64,000 nucleotides of DNA, from assembly GCA_934096235.1 (NCBI GenBank), contig CAKOLO010000004.1:3551-67550 (forward strand), written 5' to 3'. This document shows, piece after piece, positions 49,901 to 59,597 of this stretch (within the stretch, counting starts at the first letter, position 1; every line of letters starts with the position of its first letter). The notes under the pieces were generated by a model. It saw nothing but the letters and a program-made list of their open reading frames with translations. It searched no databases and was not told the origin of the DNA. Position numbers and translations under genes: made by a program. The stretch comes from an uncultured Bacilli bacterium. Its GTDB lineage: Bacteria > Bacillota_I > Bacilli_A > RF39 > UBA660.

Positions 49901-51037
49901 TTATTTAATAAATATCATGTATATCATAGCTGCTGTCATTAGTATGTATACTATAGTTCCATTTATTTGATCTGATGTTCTTCCTTTGTCCCCTATTCCA
50001 ATTGACATTGAAGTTAGTATACCACCAATTAGACCACCAATATGTCCTGATACATCTATTCCTGGTATCATGAAACCTAATGCTAAGTTTAATAATATTA
50101 CTGGTAATATTTGACTTCTAAGTAATCCTTGAAGTGTTGCTCTATAATAGTAAGTAAAGTATGCGATACTTCCAAGTAAACCAAATATTGCACCTGAAGC
50201 ACCAATACTGATTGTTTCTGCACTCATAAATGCTGCGCTAAATATACTTCCAAGTATTCCACTTAACATATATATGAATAAGAATTTTGTTTTTCCATAA
50301 TATCTTTCTACTACTGGACCTAAGACATATAAAGCGTACATATTACATGCTATATGAATTATATCTGAATGTAAGAACATTGATGTGATTAATCTATATA
50401 CTTGTCCATTTTGTACTGCCTCATAGTTATTTGCAAGAGCATAGAAATAAGTTCCATCAGTATCATATAAAAGCATAAATAAATATACCATAATATTTAA
50501 TGCTATTAATGCATAAGTAATAACTGGTTTTTTAGGACTAAATATCTTAGCAAGTTTTTTCTCATTTTTTAATGTTTTTTGATTCATATCTTCTGTTAAT
50601 TTAAAGAACTCTACTGGATCTACTTGATCAGTTAGTTCTGCTTCACTAACTTTAGGAAAGAATTCTTTAACAAATTTATTCTTTTTAAAGTCATTTATTT
50701 TTTCTACTTTTATAGTTTCTATATTTTTAGCATCCATTACTTTAACACTATCTCCAGTATCTAAAAGTAGATTTAACATATTCATTTTAAATGAGAATGT
50801 ATTTTTTTTTATACTTTTCATTATGCTTTGTGCTTTATACATATCTGTTTTTAATTGTTCTTCGTTATGTATATAATTAGTATTTATTCTAATTAATTTT
50901 AAATCACTTTGCATATTTTCTAGCCATATTTCATTTTCAAGGCCATTTATAATTATAGGTTTATAATCTTCTTCTGTTATAAAATAATGTAATATCTTTA
51001 ATATAACATCATCTTTTTTATCTATTTTTATATTCAT
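49901..51037 (-). CDS. Rhomboid-family intramembrane serine protease with roughly 170-aa N-terminal cytoplasmic domain
   Basis: GASGAIFG and HIGGLIGG motifs. Start at the ATG preceded by AAGGAAG. Confidence 0.75.
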   Translation of the reverse strand: MNIKIDKKDDVILKILHYFITEEDYKPIIINGLENEIWLENMQSDLKLIRINTNYIHNEEQLKTDMYKAQSIMKSIKKNTFSFKMNMLNLLLDTGDSVKVMDAKNIETIKVEKINDFKKNKFVKEFFPKVSEAELTDQVDPVEFFKLTEDMNQKTLKNEKKLAKIFSPKKPVITYALIALNIMVYLFMLLYDTDGTYFYALANNYEAVQNGQVYRLITSMFLHSDIIHIACNMYALYVLGPVVERYYGKTKFLFIYMLSGILGSIFSAAFMSAETISIGASGAIFGLLGSIAYFTYYYRATLQGLLRSQILPVILLNLALGFMIPGIDVSGHIGGLIGGILTSMSIGIGDKGRTSDQINGTIVYILMTAAMIYMIFIK

Positions 51038-51101
51038 AATGCTTCCTTTCAATAATAATATTTTACTATTAATCATAGTATTAGTAAAGAGGTGATAAAA
51101 A

Positions 51102-51569
51102 ATGAAAACATATCTTAAACAAATACTATTATTTATTATTATACTATTTTTTTGGTTACTTAGTGGACTTATTTTTAAATATGATCCTGAATTTTACAGT
51201 TTACTTAAATTACCAGAGTTTGCTCTTAGTGGTAAATGGATAAGTATTATATGGTTTATTATTTATATACTTAATACAATTAGTATAGTCATTATAATTA
51301 ATAAAGTTAAACTACTTGAAAATAAGGATTATTTATATATACTACTTACTAATTATTTTGCTAATCAATTATTTATGTATTTCTTCTTTTATTTGATGAG
51401 TCCATTTTTAGGGTTTGCTATTACTACTATAGTAATGTTATCTAGTATATTTTTATTTATTGAGACTAAAAAGATATCAAAAACTTCTTCTTATTTTTTG
51501 ATACCTTATATTATTTATAGTATTTATGCTTTTATATTAATGGCAACTATATATTTTATGAATTTTTAA
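51102..51569 (+). CDS. TspO/MBR-like 5-TM membrane protein
   Basis: 155 aa, 5 TM helices, Trp-containing helix 2. Weak family call. Confidence 0.4.
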   Translation: MKTYLKQILLFIIILFFWLLSGLIFKYDPEFYSLLKLPEFALSGKWISIIWFIIYILNTISIVIIINKVKLLENKDYLYILLTNYFANQLFMYFFFYLMSPFLGFAITTIVMLSSIFLFIETKKISKTSSYFLIPYIIYSIYAFILMATIYFMNF

Positions 51570-52464
51570 ACATGTCTAATATTTCCATAAATTCTTTTTC
51601 TGGAGGGCATGAGAATTCCATAAATTTTTTAGTAATTGGATGATTAAATCCTAGATATTCTGCATGTAGCATTTGACCATAATTATTTATTATTTTCTTT
51701 TTACCATATACAGGATCATTTACTACTGGGTGTCCAATATATTCCATATGTACTCTTATTTGATGTGTTCTTCCAGTTTCAAGTATTAATTCTACTAGTG
51801 TTGCATTCTTATATCTTTCTAGTACTGTAAAATTAGTTGTTGCATTTTTAGCATTCTCATCAGTTACACACATTTTCTTTCTGTCAACTTTACTTCTACC
51901 TATTGGTGCGACAATCTTACCTTTATTGTTATCGATAACACCATGAACTAAAGCTATATATTTTCTTTTAATACTTTTGTTCTTAAAATCTTCTGAAAGT
52001 ATTCTATGTGCTTCATTTGTTTTAGCTATTAAAAGTATACCTGATGTATCTTTATCAATTCTATGGACTATACCGCATCTATTGTCTCCACCTTCATTTG
52101 ATAAATCTTCAGTGTAACCCATTAAAGCATTTACAAGAGTACCTGTGTAGTTACCATTACCTGGATGTACTACCATGCCACTCTTTTTATTTACTACCAT
52201 AATATCATCATCTTCATAAAGAATATCTAATGGAATTTGTTCTCCTTTAACAGTTGTATCTACTGATAAGTCTCCTATTTTAATAGTATCTCCTGTCTTT
52301 AAAGTATATCCACCCTTAACAATATTATCATTAACAGTTATCTTACCACTTTTAATATTTTTTAAAAGAAAGCTTCTACTCTCTTCAGTATTCTCTGTTA
52401 AAAATATATCTAATCTTTTTAAATTATCTTTTTCTTCTACTACTAATTCTTTCACTTCTACCAT
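51556..52464 (-). CDS. rluD: RluD-type 23S rRNA pseudouridine synthase
   Basis: S4 domain plus HRIDKDTSG catalytic motif. Confidence 0.85.
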   Translation of the reverse strand: MVEVKELVVEEKDNLKRLDIFLTENTEESRSFLLKNIKSGKITVNDNIVKGGYTLKTGDTIKIGDLSVDTTVKGEQIPLDILYEDDDIMVVNKKSGMVVHPGNGNYTGTLVNALMGYTEDLSNEGGDNRCGIVHRIDKDTSGILLIAKTNEAHRILSEDFKNKSIKRKYIALVHGVIDNNKGKIVAPIGRSKVDRKKMCVTDENAKNATTNFTVLERYKNATLVELILETGRTHQIRVHMEYIGHPVVNDPVYGKKKIINNYGQMLHAEYLGFNHPITKKFMEFSCPPEKEFMEILDMFKNS

Positions 52465-52909
52465 CCCTTATTATTATATACATGAGTAATATTACTCCAA
52501 ATGTTATAAATATATCTGCTGCATTAAATACAGCCATTTCTCTTTTAAATAATGTAAAAGAAATATAATCAATTACATATCCTCTAAATAGCCTATCTAT
52601 TAAATTTCCTATAGCTCCACTAATAATTAATGAAAGAGATACTATAGATAACTTTGAATCTATATTTCTTCTTATTTCATTAATTAAATAATAAAGAAGC
52701 ATTACTGTTAATATTACTAAGATGTTAGTACTATTGCCTAAGAATCCAAATGCAGCTCCAGTATTTTTTACAAAAATAAACTTTAAAAAATTATCTATTA
52801 TAATAACTGGTTTATCTACTATGGTTTTTAATACTAATAATTTAATTCCTTGATCAAATAATATTAATAATAAAATTAATAAACTAATAATAACATATTT
52901 CTTTTTCAT
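52424..52909 (-). CDS. lspA: Lipoprotein signal peptidase II
   Basis: LspA family. Conserved lspA-rluD pair. Confidence 0.85.
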   Translation of the reverse strand: MKKKYVIISLLILLLILFDQGIKLLVLKTIVDKPVIIIDNFLKFIFVKNTGAAFGFLGNSTNILVILTVMLLYYLINEIRRNIDSKLSIVSLSLIISGAIGNLIDRLFRGYVIDYISFTLFKREMAVFNAADIFITFGVILLMYIIIRDGRSERISSRRKR

Positions 52910-52931
52910 AATTTGTATTTTAACATATTTT

Positions 52932-53162
52932 CTAAGATATATCTATAAGTATTACATCTTCTCCCAATTTTTTTATTTGAGTAAATTTTATAGAAAGATT
53001 TTCACTTGTACTTAGTAAATTTCTTACAAAATTTGCTCTTTCTATAACAAACTTTATCATATAACCATTAGAAGGATCAAATTCTACATCTATAATTCTT
53101 CCGACTTTTTTACCATCTTTTATATTAATAATATCTTTTCTTTGTAATTCTGATAATTTCAT
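52932..53162 (-). CDS. YlmC/YmxH-family sporulation protein (PRC-barrel-like)
   Basis: 76 aa. LSEL...IINI.DG..VG.I.D motif. Confidence 0.65.
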   Translation of the reverse strand: MKLSELQRKDIINIKDGKKVGRIIDVEFDPSNGYMIKFVIERANFVRNLLSTSENLSIKFTQIKKLGEDVILIDIS

Positions 53163-53173
53163 ATTAAAGTATA

Positions 53174-53944
53174 TTACAATATTAATTTTTTAATACTAGT
53201 TAAAGCACTATTTTCTATTCTTGATACTTGTGCTTGGCTTACTCCTAAATATTCAGCAATTTCTGACTGATTTAGTCCTTCTATATATCTTTTTTCTATA
53301 ATAATTCTTTCTCTTTCTTTTATTTTATCTAATGCTTCTCTTAAAGATAGTAAGTCTGTTAAATCTTTTGTAGTTTTGTCTTCTAATTGATCAAGTAAAT
53401 ATATAGTGTCTCCTCCATCATTATAGATTGGTTCAAATATACTCATGGGTTCTGTTAGAGAAGATAATACATTATATAGTTCATATGGTGTGATATTAAA
53501 ATAATTGCATATTTCATCGTTAGTTGGATATATTCCATTTTGTTTTAGGTATGTTTCTTTATAATTAATTATTTGATAAGAAAGTTCTTTTATAGTTCTA
53601 GATATTCTTATTTGATTATTATCTCTTATATATCTTTTTATTTCTCCCTCTATCATTAGTACTGCGTATGTACTAAATTTTACTCCAAATGAAAGATCAA
53701 AATTATCTATTGCTTTTATAAGACCTATTGTGCCTATTTGAAATAAATCATCTAAATTATCACATCTATTTTGATATTTCTTTAATATACTTAATACTAA
53801 CTTTAAATTACCCTCTATAAGAGTATTTTTAGCGCTTTTATTGCCTTTTTGTAGTTCCATAAATAAATTATTCATTTCATCACTATTTAATGTTTTTAAG
53901 GTACTTGTATTAATTCCTGTTATTTCTACTTTATTCTTTGCCAT
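53174..53944 (-). CDS. sigG: Sporulation sigma factor SigG (SigF/SigG group)
   Basis: Sigma-70 regions 2-4. QIGTIGLIKAIDNFD, FSTYAV and a region-4 HTH. Confidence 0.8.
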   Translation of the reverse strand: MAKNKVEITGINTSTLKTLNSDEMNNLFMELQKGNKSAKNTLIEGNLKLVLSILKKYQNRCDNLDDLFQIGTIGLIKAIDNFDLSFGVKFSTYAVLMIEGEIKRYIRDNNQIRISRTIKELSYQIINYKETYLKQNGIYPTNDEICNYFNITPYELYNVLSSLTEPMSIFEPIYNDGGDTIYLLDQLEDKTTKDLTDLLSLREALDKIKERERIIIEKRYIEGLNQSEIAEYLGVSQAQVSRIENSALTSIKKLIL

Positions 53945-53946
53945 AT

Positions 53947-53983
53947 AAAAAATCCTTTCAACTATATATTGAAAGGATTTTAA
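53947..53983 (-). promoter_or_regulatory. 13-bp hairpin sequestering the sigG SD (AAGGA), 6 nt upstream of the ATG
   Basis: AAAAATCCTTTCAA / TTGAAAGGATTTTT arms with a 7-nt loop. Confidence 0.45.
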
Positions 53984-53995
53984 TATTTTTATTCA

Positions 53996-54238
53996 TTAAT
54001 CTAATTTAATGTTTTTAGCTAAAACTTCAAGAATAGCAGGATCTTTAACTTCTTTTACTTTTGATTTACCATCTTCAGTAACATTTTCAAAGAATAAGAA
54101 GTTGTTTGTAAAGTCTTCACCATCTGGAGTAATTTCAGCAGCTAAGAAATATGTTACACCTTTATATGATGCTTGTCTTATTACAAAATATTGTTTACCG
54201 CTTGCTAATTTTAATACTTGATTTGTTAAATTTTCCAT
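53996..54238 (-). CDS. Small hypothetical protein (80 aa), possibly DUF1292-like
   Basis: Strong SD AAGGAGGAAAA. Composition pattern reminiscent of DUF1292. Confidence 0.35.
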   Translation of the reverse strand: MENLTNQVLKLASGKQYFVIRQASYKGVTYFLAAEITPDGEDFTNNFLFFENVTEDGKSKVKEVKDPAILEVLAKNIKLD

Positions 54239-54266
54239 TCTTTTTTCCTCCTTATTAGTGATTACA

Positions 54267-56324
54267 TTAACGATGCATTGTTTGTTCTTCGTCGTTTACT
54301 GCATCTAATTTATTTGTTATTTCTTCCCACCAACTATCTAATTCTGTTTTTGTTGCTTCTTCATATTTTTCTTGATCTTCTTCAGCTTTTGTATAGTCTT
54401 CAGCTGTTGCAGGTTCTGCGTTTTTTTCTGATACACTTTCATCTAGTAAATCTTCTGGATTAGAATTAATAGCATCATCTAAACGATCTATTTCTTTATC
54501 AGTCATATCTTCACCAGTTGTTACATTTCCAATAACTGGTTGTTCTACTGGTGTTTCAGGATTTAATTCATCTTCTCCAACTATTGATTCACCTTTATCA
54601 TTGTGATCTAATTCTTGATCATCTAATCTTGTTAATGAACCATCTGGATTTATTCTATGTGTATGTCCTTCTGAATCTACATATACTCCATTTTCTTCAT
54701 TATAAGCAACGTCTCCTTCATCAAGATGCATATCATCGCTATCATCTTTTCCTGGATCTGGAGTTGGCTCTGGATCCGGTTTTTCAGGTTCTGGGTCTGG
54801 TTTTTCAGGCTCAGGTGTTGGCTCTGGTTCAGGAGTTACTGGTGTAGGATCCGGTGTTACAGGTGTTGGATTTGGTGTTACTGGTGTTGGATTTGGAGTT
54901 ACTGGTGTTGGATTTGGTGTTGCAGGAGTTGGATTTGGAGTTACTGGTGTTGGGTCTTGAGATGGTTTATTGTTTCCTCCATTGTTTCCATTTCCTCCGT
55001 TATTTCCTTTACTTGGGGAATTGGTATTTACCTTGTCATCCCCATTACTGGGAGTATCTCCTTTTGTTAAATCTTCGTCTTCATCTTTTTGTTCTTGGTC
55101 TTCATCTACTTGAATTTGACCTATTCTATTAATTGCATCTATTGTTTCAGCATGTTGTTTTTGTCCTTGGTTTAATAACATACCAGTATGGAATGCAGTT
55201 CCTAAAATTGAGATAAATGCTGCAGCTTTTACAATCATTCCTCCAACTTTTTTCCATAATCCTGGTTTAGCAGTTGTTTTTTCATATTCTTCTTCAATTG
55301 GTACTGGAATTGGAGCAACAGTCTTGTCATCTTCTTCTTCCTCTTCTTCAGCAGGTTCCTCTTCATCACCTGTTGGATTTAATTCATCAGTATCAATCAT
55401 ATTTGGTGGAAGAATTGGAGCTATTATAGCATCTTTATCCTTTTCTTCTTCATCTTCTTCAACTGTTGGGAATTCTTCTGGTTCTATTTCTTTTGTATCA
55501 ATTTCTGATGGTGGAAGAATTGGAGCAATAATTTTATCATCTTCATTTTCTTCTGGTTTTAAATCATCAGTATTTACTTCAGTAGGAGGTATAACAGGTT
55601 CGATTGGAGTTTTTTCCTCTTCCTTTGTTTCTGTTTGTTCTTCTACTTTTTCTTCTTCAATAGTTTCTTCTAATTTACCACCATTTCTTAATTTTTCCAT
55701 ATCAGAAGTTAATTTTTCTTCTTGATTTTTATATACTTCATTAGCATCTTTAAATGATTTTAATGAAGCTTCTTTAGCTTTTAATTCGTTTTCTAAGTAA
55801 TATCTCTTTTCTGGAGATAATGTACTTTCACTAGGTTTAAATTCAATTCCACGACTAGCCAAATCAGCTATCATTTCTTGAGTTAGTCCTGGATCTCCTA
55901 ATTGAGTCTTAATTGATTTAATTTCTGCTTCAAGTGTATTAATCATTGAATTATTTGTTCTTATTGATTCTCTTACACTTCTTCTATTAGAAAATTTTTC
56001 AGCAAATAAATCTTTCTTTCTTTGCTCTTCAGCAGCGATTACAGATATTCTCGCATATGCTTTATCTGTAATCTCTTTAATTCCTGCTGAAATTGAAGCT
56101 ATTTCATCAATATCAAATGTCATATTATCTTTTGATACGAATTTTCCATTTTCATCTCTTGTTGATCCTACTATCAAATCACTTATTACTTTATTTGCTT
56201 CGTTTTTAATTTCATCAATATTTTTCCAAGTAGCATCTAGTTCATTATATCCAACAGTAGTTAAATCTAAATCTTCTTTTAATGCTTCTTGTAATTTGCT
56301 TTCTAGTTCTCTAACTTTATCCAT
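54267..56324 (-). CDS. Hypothetical envelope protein: N-terminal coiled coil, acidic repeats, one TM, Pro/Thr-rich (PTPVTPN)n stalk, acidic C-terminal domain
   Basis: 685 aa. TM at about residues 365-390. Start ATG overlaps the stop of the upstream gene (ATGA). Confidence 0.5.
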   Translation of the reverse strand: MDKVRELESKLQEALKEDLDLTTVGYNELDATWKNIDEIKNEANKVISDLIVGSTRDENGKFVSKDNMTFDIDEIASISAGIKEITDKAYARISVIAAEEQRKKDLFAEKFSNRRSVRESIRTNNSMINTLEAEIKSIKTQLGDPGLTQEMIADLASRGIEFKPSESTLSPEKRYYLENELKAKEASLKSFKDANEVYKNQEEKLTSDMEKLRNGGKLEETIEEEKVEEQTETKEEEKTPIEPVIPPTEVNTDDLKPEENEDDKIIAPILPPSEIDTKEIEPEEFPTVEEDEEEKDKDAIIAPILPPNMIDTDELNPTGDEEEPAEEEEEEDDKTVAPIPVPIEEEYEKTTAKPGLWKKVGGMIVKAAAFISILGTAFHTGMLLNQGQKQHAETIDAINRIGQIQVDEDQEQKDEDEDLTKGDTPSNGDDKVNTNSPSKGNNGGNGNNGGNNKPSQDPTPVTPNPTPATPNPTPVTPNPTPVTPNPTPVTPDPTPVTPEPEPTPEPEKPDPEPEKPDPEPTPDPGKDDSDDMHLDEGDVAYNEENGVYVDSEGHTHRINPDGSLTRLDDQELDHNDKGESIVGEDELNPETPVEQPVIGNVTTGEDMTDKEIDRLDDAINSNPEDLLDESVSEKNAEPATAEDYTKAEEDQEKYEEATKTELDSWWEEITNKLDAVNDEEQTMHR
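54834..54959. repeat. In-frame 21-bp tandem repeat, at least 6 copies (GGTGTTACTGGTGTTGGATTT on plus, PTPVTPN on minus), with degenerate copies extending to about 54760
   Basis: Seen in sequence. Also generates the spurious plus-strand ORFs at 54726-55132. Confidence 0.75.
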
Positions 56325-58027
56325 TATTGACTAGCCTCCTTTTTGTTTCTAATAATCATTTTTATATCGTATTTAAGTTCTCCATTGTTATTGATATCTT
56401 GAAGTGAATTTACATCATATTTATTATTTCTATATATTGTAATCATTTCTTCTTCACTTACATATGTTTGACTTAAATTTTCCCAACTTGATTCATTAGT
56501 TCCTTTGATTTCTTGTAATTTAATTTTTGTCTTAGTTTCGATTTGTCTTGTTCTTCCATCACTAGTTTTTGGATTTTTACTTGTCCAGCTTGACCAATCA
56601 CTCCATTTTGATTTACTTGTCTTTGTTGCATCTGGATAATTTTTAGGAGCAACTGCTGTATATTCGTTTGTTTCGCTTTCTGTTGCTTTATACCATTTAT
56701 ATGCTGTTGCTTTAGTATCTAAATCTTTAACAGCTCCTTTTGTTGGCGCTTCAGTATAGTATACTTTTTCTCCACTGGCTTTTTTGCTTCCTGATGGATA
56801 ATACTTTTTAGTACCACCAGTTAATTTATACCAGTAATAATAGTATACTGGAGTAACTTTTCTACAAGTTGGTAATGATTCATTACATTGTTCAAATGTT
56901 AATTTCCAATCACTATATGTAGAACATTTTTCTCCTTTTTTAACTCTTCCAGCCTCAATATCAACTACATCTCCATATCCACATGTATAGAATTCTTCGA
57001 ATGTATATTTAAGTTGTGTATCTGTTCCTTCGCCACATTTCTTATCTAATTGATATTTCTTGTTTGTTGAAGTGCTATATTTACCACAAATATAATAATG
57101 ATAAGCTTTTGTTGTTCCTGTTACTGTTCTTGTTTCATGATTTGCAATAATTGTTTCACCTGGAACATTGTATTCTTTAATAGCAGTTTTACTAGGTATT
57201 TTATTACCATTCTTATCTAATGCCCATACTTTTTCTCCACCTGTTATTGTGTACCATTTATAAGCATTATCAGTTTTATTATCATGTAAATTGTAATTAC
57301 TATTTGGTGCGATTGTGTAATATTCTTTTACATCTTTAGCATTTTTCTTTTCACCAGTTGATGTATAGTATGTTTTATCTTGAATTTTCCAAGTAAATAA
57401 TTTGTCTCTATATCTATAATATTTTGTAGTTGCTAATGTTTTATATGAACTATACTTAATATCATCTTTCCATACTTCTTCAACAGGTCCTAAGTTTTGT
57501 CCTCCTGATTTTAGTCTCTTTGGCATGAATGTAAATCTTACAAAACTTTCATCTGCTTTAATATCTGATATTGTTCCTTCTTTTTCATCTCCATATTCTG
57601 AATTTGAATCTTTATCAGTACATTTTAACCATGGTGTATATTGTTTTGTACCATTTGGTAAAACGCAAACTCTTACATATGTTTCTGAATTATCACATGT
57701 AGTAAAGTTTTCAGGATTTACAAGTCCTTTTGAAACTAATGTACTTAATTCAACTGTGCTGCATTCACCATTTGCAACTGGAGCTAAATCAGTATTATTT
57801 TCATAGAATTTTTTACCTGCTTCTAATAGTGTTTTTTCATAATCAAAAGTTGGTGTTGTTGGTTGAGTTGGTTTCTTATTACCACTAGCACATCCTTTTA
57901 AGAATAAAATAATAACTATTATTATTGCTGCTACAACTAGAAATCCTATTAATAGTCTTTTCTTTGCTGCACCGCCATCATCATATTCTTTATCTTCGTA
58001 GCCATAATCATCATAATTATTTGACAT
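56324..58027 (-). CDS. Membrane-anchored Tyr/Cys-rich protein with pseudopilin-like N-terminal module (paralog of 5977..7107)
   Basis: Short cytoplasmic N-terminus, one TM helix, EAGKKFYENNTDLAPVANGE...STLVSKGLVNP module, and YKWY-type Tyr-rich repeats. Confidence 0.5.
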   Translation of the reverse strand: MSNNYDDYGYEDKEYDDGGAAKKRLLIGFLVVAAIIIVIILFLKGCASGNKKPTQPTTPTFDYEKTLLEAGKKFYENNTDLAPVANGECSTVELSTLVSKGLVNPENFTTCDNSETYVRVCVLPNGTKQYTPWLKCTDKDSNSEYGDEKEGTISDIKADESFVRFTFMPKRLKSGGQNLGPVEEVWKDDIKYSSYKTLATTKYYRYRDKLFTWKIQDKTYYTSTGEKKNAKDVKEYYTIAPNSNYNLHDNKTDNAYKWYTITGGEKVWALDKNGNKIPSKTAIKEYNVPGETIIANHETRTVTGTTKAYHYYICGKYSTSTNKKYQLDKKCGEGTDTQLKYTFEEFYTCGYGDVVDIEAGRVKKGEKCSTYSDWKLTFEQCNESLPTCRKVTPVYYYYWYKLTGGTKKYYPSGSKKASGEKVYYTEAPTKGAVKDLDTKATAYKWYKATESETNEYTAVAPKNYPDATKTSKSKWSDWSSWTSKNPKTSDGRTRQIETKTKIKLQEIKGTNESSWENLSQTYVSEEEMITIYRNNKYDVNSLQDINNNGELKYDIKMIIRNKKEASQ

Positions 58028-58129
58028 TTCTATTCCTCCAATTCCTTTTATGTCATATACTATAGATATTTTAGCACATCTCTATATTTAAAAACAAGTT
58101 AATTTTAAAAAAAATATAAAGTTTGCACT

Positions 58130-58810
58130 CTATATTTTCATAATTGCTTTTAATTTTTTTATTACTTTCTTTTCTATTCTTGATATATATGACTGACTTA
58201 TATTTAATTTTTCAGCTAGTTCTTTTTGTGTAAGTTCTTTTTTTCCTGATAAGCCATATCTAAGTTCTATTATTTCTTTATCTCTTTCATCTAGTTTTTT
58301 CACTTCACTTGCAAGTAGAATTTTATCATCTTTACATTCTATTGACTTTTCTACTAAATCTTCCTCTGTACCAAATATATCTTCTATATGTAGTTCATTA
58401 CCTTCACTATCTAAATTAACTGAATCTTCAAAGCTAACTTCGCTCATTCTTTTTTTATTTTTTCTTAAAAACATTAATATTTCATTATCGATACATCTTG
58501 ATGCATATGTTGCTAGTTTAATATTTTTATCAAGTTTATATGTTTTAATACCTTTTATCAATCCTATTGTTCCAATAGATACTAAGTCTTCTAAATCATA
58601 CATTGTATTATCATATTTTTTAGCTAAAAAGACTACCAGTCTTAAATTATGTTCTATTAATTTGTTTCTTGCTTCCATATCTCCAATGTTACTTCTTCTT
58701 ACTAAGTCTTCTTCAATATCTTTTTTTAGGGGTGGTGGCAATATATCTGCACTTCCGACAAAAAATACATTTTCTTTTTTAAAAAACTTATTTAATATTT
58801 TTTCTAACAT
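58130..58810 (-). CDS. sigE: Sporulation sigma factor SigE (pro-sigma-E with N-terminal pro-sequence)
   Basis: FVGSADILPPPL pro-sequence/region 1.1 junction and RNLRLVV...IGTIGLIKG motifs. Follows spoIIGA. Confidence 0.85.
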   Translation of the reverse strand: MLEKILNKFFKKENVFFVGSADILPPPLKKDIEEDLVRRSNIGDMEARNKLIEHNLRLVVFLAKKYDNTMYDLEDLVSIGTIGLIKGIKTYKLDKNIKLATYASRCIDNEILMFLRKNKKRMSEVSFEDSVNLDSEGNELHIEDIFGTEEDLVEKSIECKDDKILLASEVKKLDERDKEIIELRYGLSGKKELTQKELAEKLNISQSYISRIEKKVIKKLKAIMKI

Positions 58811-59533
58811 TTATTCCTCCATTAAATTATAATTTAATAAACAATTAAATCCCTTAAATTTTTTATTTGATATACCTACTACTATATCTTTTCTTTCACC
58901 TAAGCCATCTATATATACTTTTTTAGGTTTGAAACATTTTATTAGCGAAGAATTATCTATTGTTTTAAATGGAACTAGGAAGAAATTCTCATTTATGTTT
59001 TTATTTATAATTATTACATTCTTATTACTATATGGTTCCTTTAATGTATTCCCTGTATCCATATATCCATTTAAATATAGAACTTTACCATTTTTTAAAT
59101 AAATAGTTACTTTATGTCTTAAACTTATTATATTCTTTAGATTATATGTAAAATATTTTAATATATTCATAATAATTGGTATTAGTAGTAAGTAATATTG
59201 ATATTTAACTAATGATTCTATTTTTAAATAATAGAGAGTTCCGCCTAAGAAGAATGAAAACATATAAAAATATATTAATCTTTTTATAAATTCTTTTAAA
59301 TCATTATAAGAAAATGCTATTAAATTCATAATAACACCAATTAATAATTTGAATATGGTAAGTTCTAAATTATTTAGATTTACAAATAAATATAACAATG
59401 AGATTTCTCCAAATAAACTAGAAAGTATTATTCTTAATGTTGTTACATTTAACTTTAGAATTTTTGATGTTGTTTTTAGTATTAAAAAGTCTATTATAAA
59501 ATTTAATATTATTAGTTCATCTATGTATATCAT
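58811..59533 (-). CDS. spoIIGA: Sigma-E processing peptidase SpoIIGA
   Basis: MIYIDELIILNFIIDFLIL N-terminus, multi-TM N-domain and a C-terminal aspartic protease-like region (DTG). Confidence 0.8.
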   Translation of the reverse strand: MIYIDELIILNFIIDFLILKTTSKILKLNVTTLRIILSSLFGEISLLYLFVNLNNLELTIFKLLIGVIMNLIAFSYNDLKEFIKRLIYFYMFSFFLGGTLYYLKIESLVKYQYYLLLIPIIMNILKYFTYNLKNIISLRHKVTIYLKNGKVLYLNGYMDTGNTLKEPYSNKNVIIINKNINENFFLVPFKTIDNSSLIKCFKPKKVYIDGLGERKDIVVGISNKKFKGFNCLLNYNLMEE

Positions 59534-59553
59534 TTAATCACCAAAATCAGTAT

Positions 59554-59594
59554 ATAAAAAAAGAAAAGTAAATTTTGTCGAATTATTTACTTTT
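59554..59594 (-). terminator. Terminator after the 280-aa gene (AAAAGTAAAT/ATTTACTTTT stem, 11-nt loop, T7)
   Basis: Seen in sequence. The loop contains TGTCGAA. Confidence 0.45.
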
Positions 59595-59597
59595 CTA

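Noticed and set aside
54834-54959. Possible CRISPR array, given the regular short repeats.
   Set aside because: The repeats are contiguous with no spacers, lie in frame within a CDS and encode PTPVTPN heptads. No cas genes are present.
54726-55132. Cluster of Trp/Leu/Cys-rich plus-strand ORFs.
   Set aside because: They are an artefact of the 21-bp tandem repeat read on the wrong strand.
59576-59582. Spo0A-box-like heptamer TGTCGAA about 45 nt upstream of spoIIGA, in the loop of the upstream terminator.
   Set aside because: A single 7-mer is expected several times by chance in 64 kb of this composition. It is too close to the start codon for a spoIIG-type promoter architecture. It is mentioned only as a weak lead.
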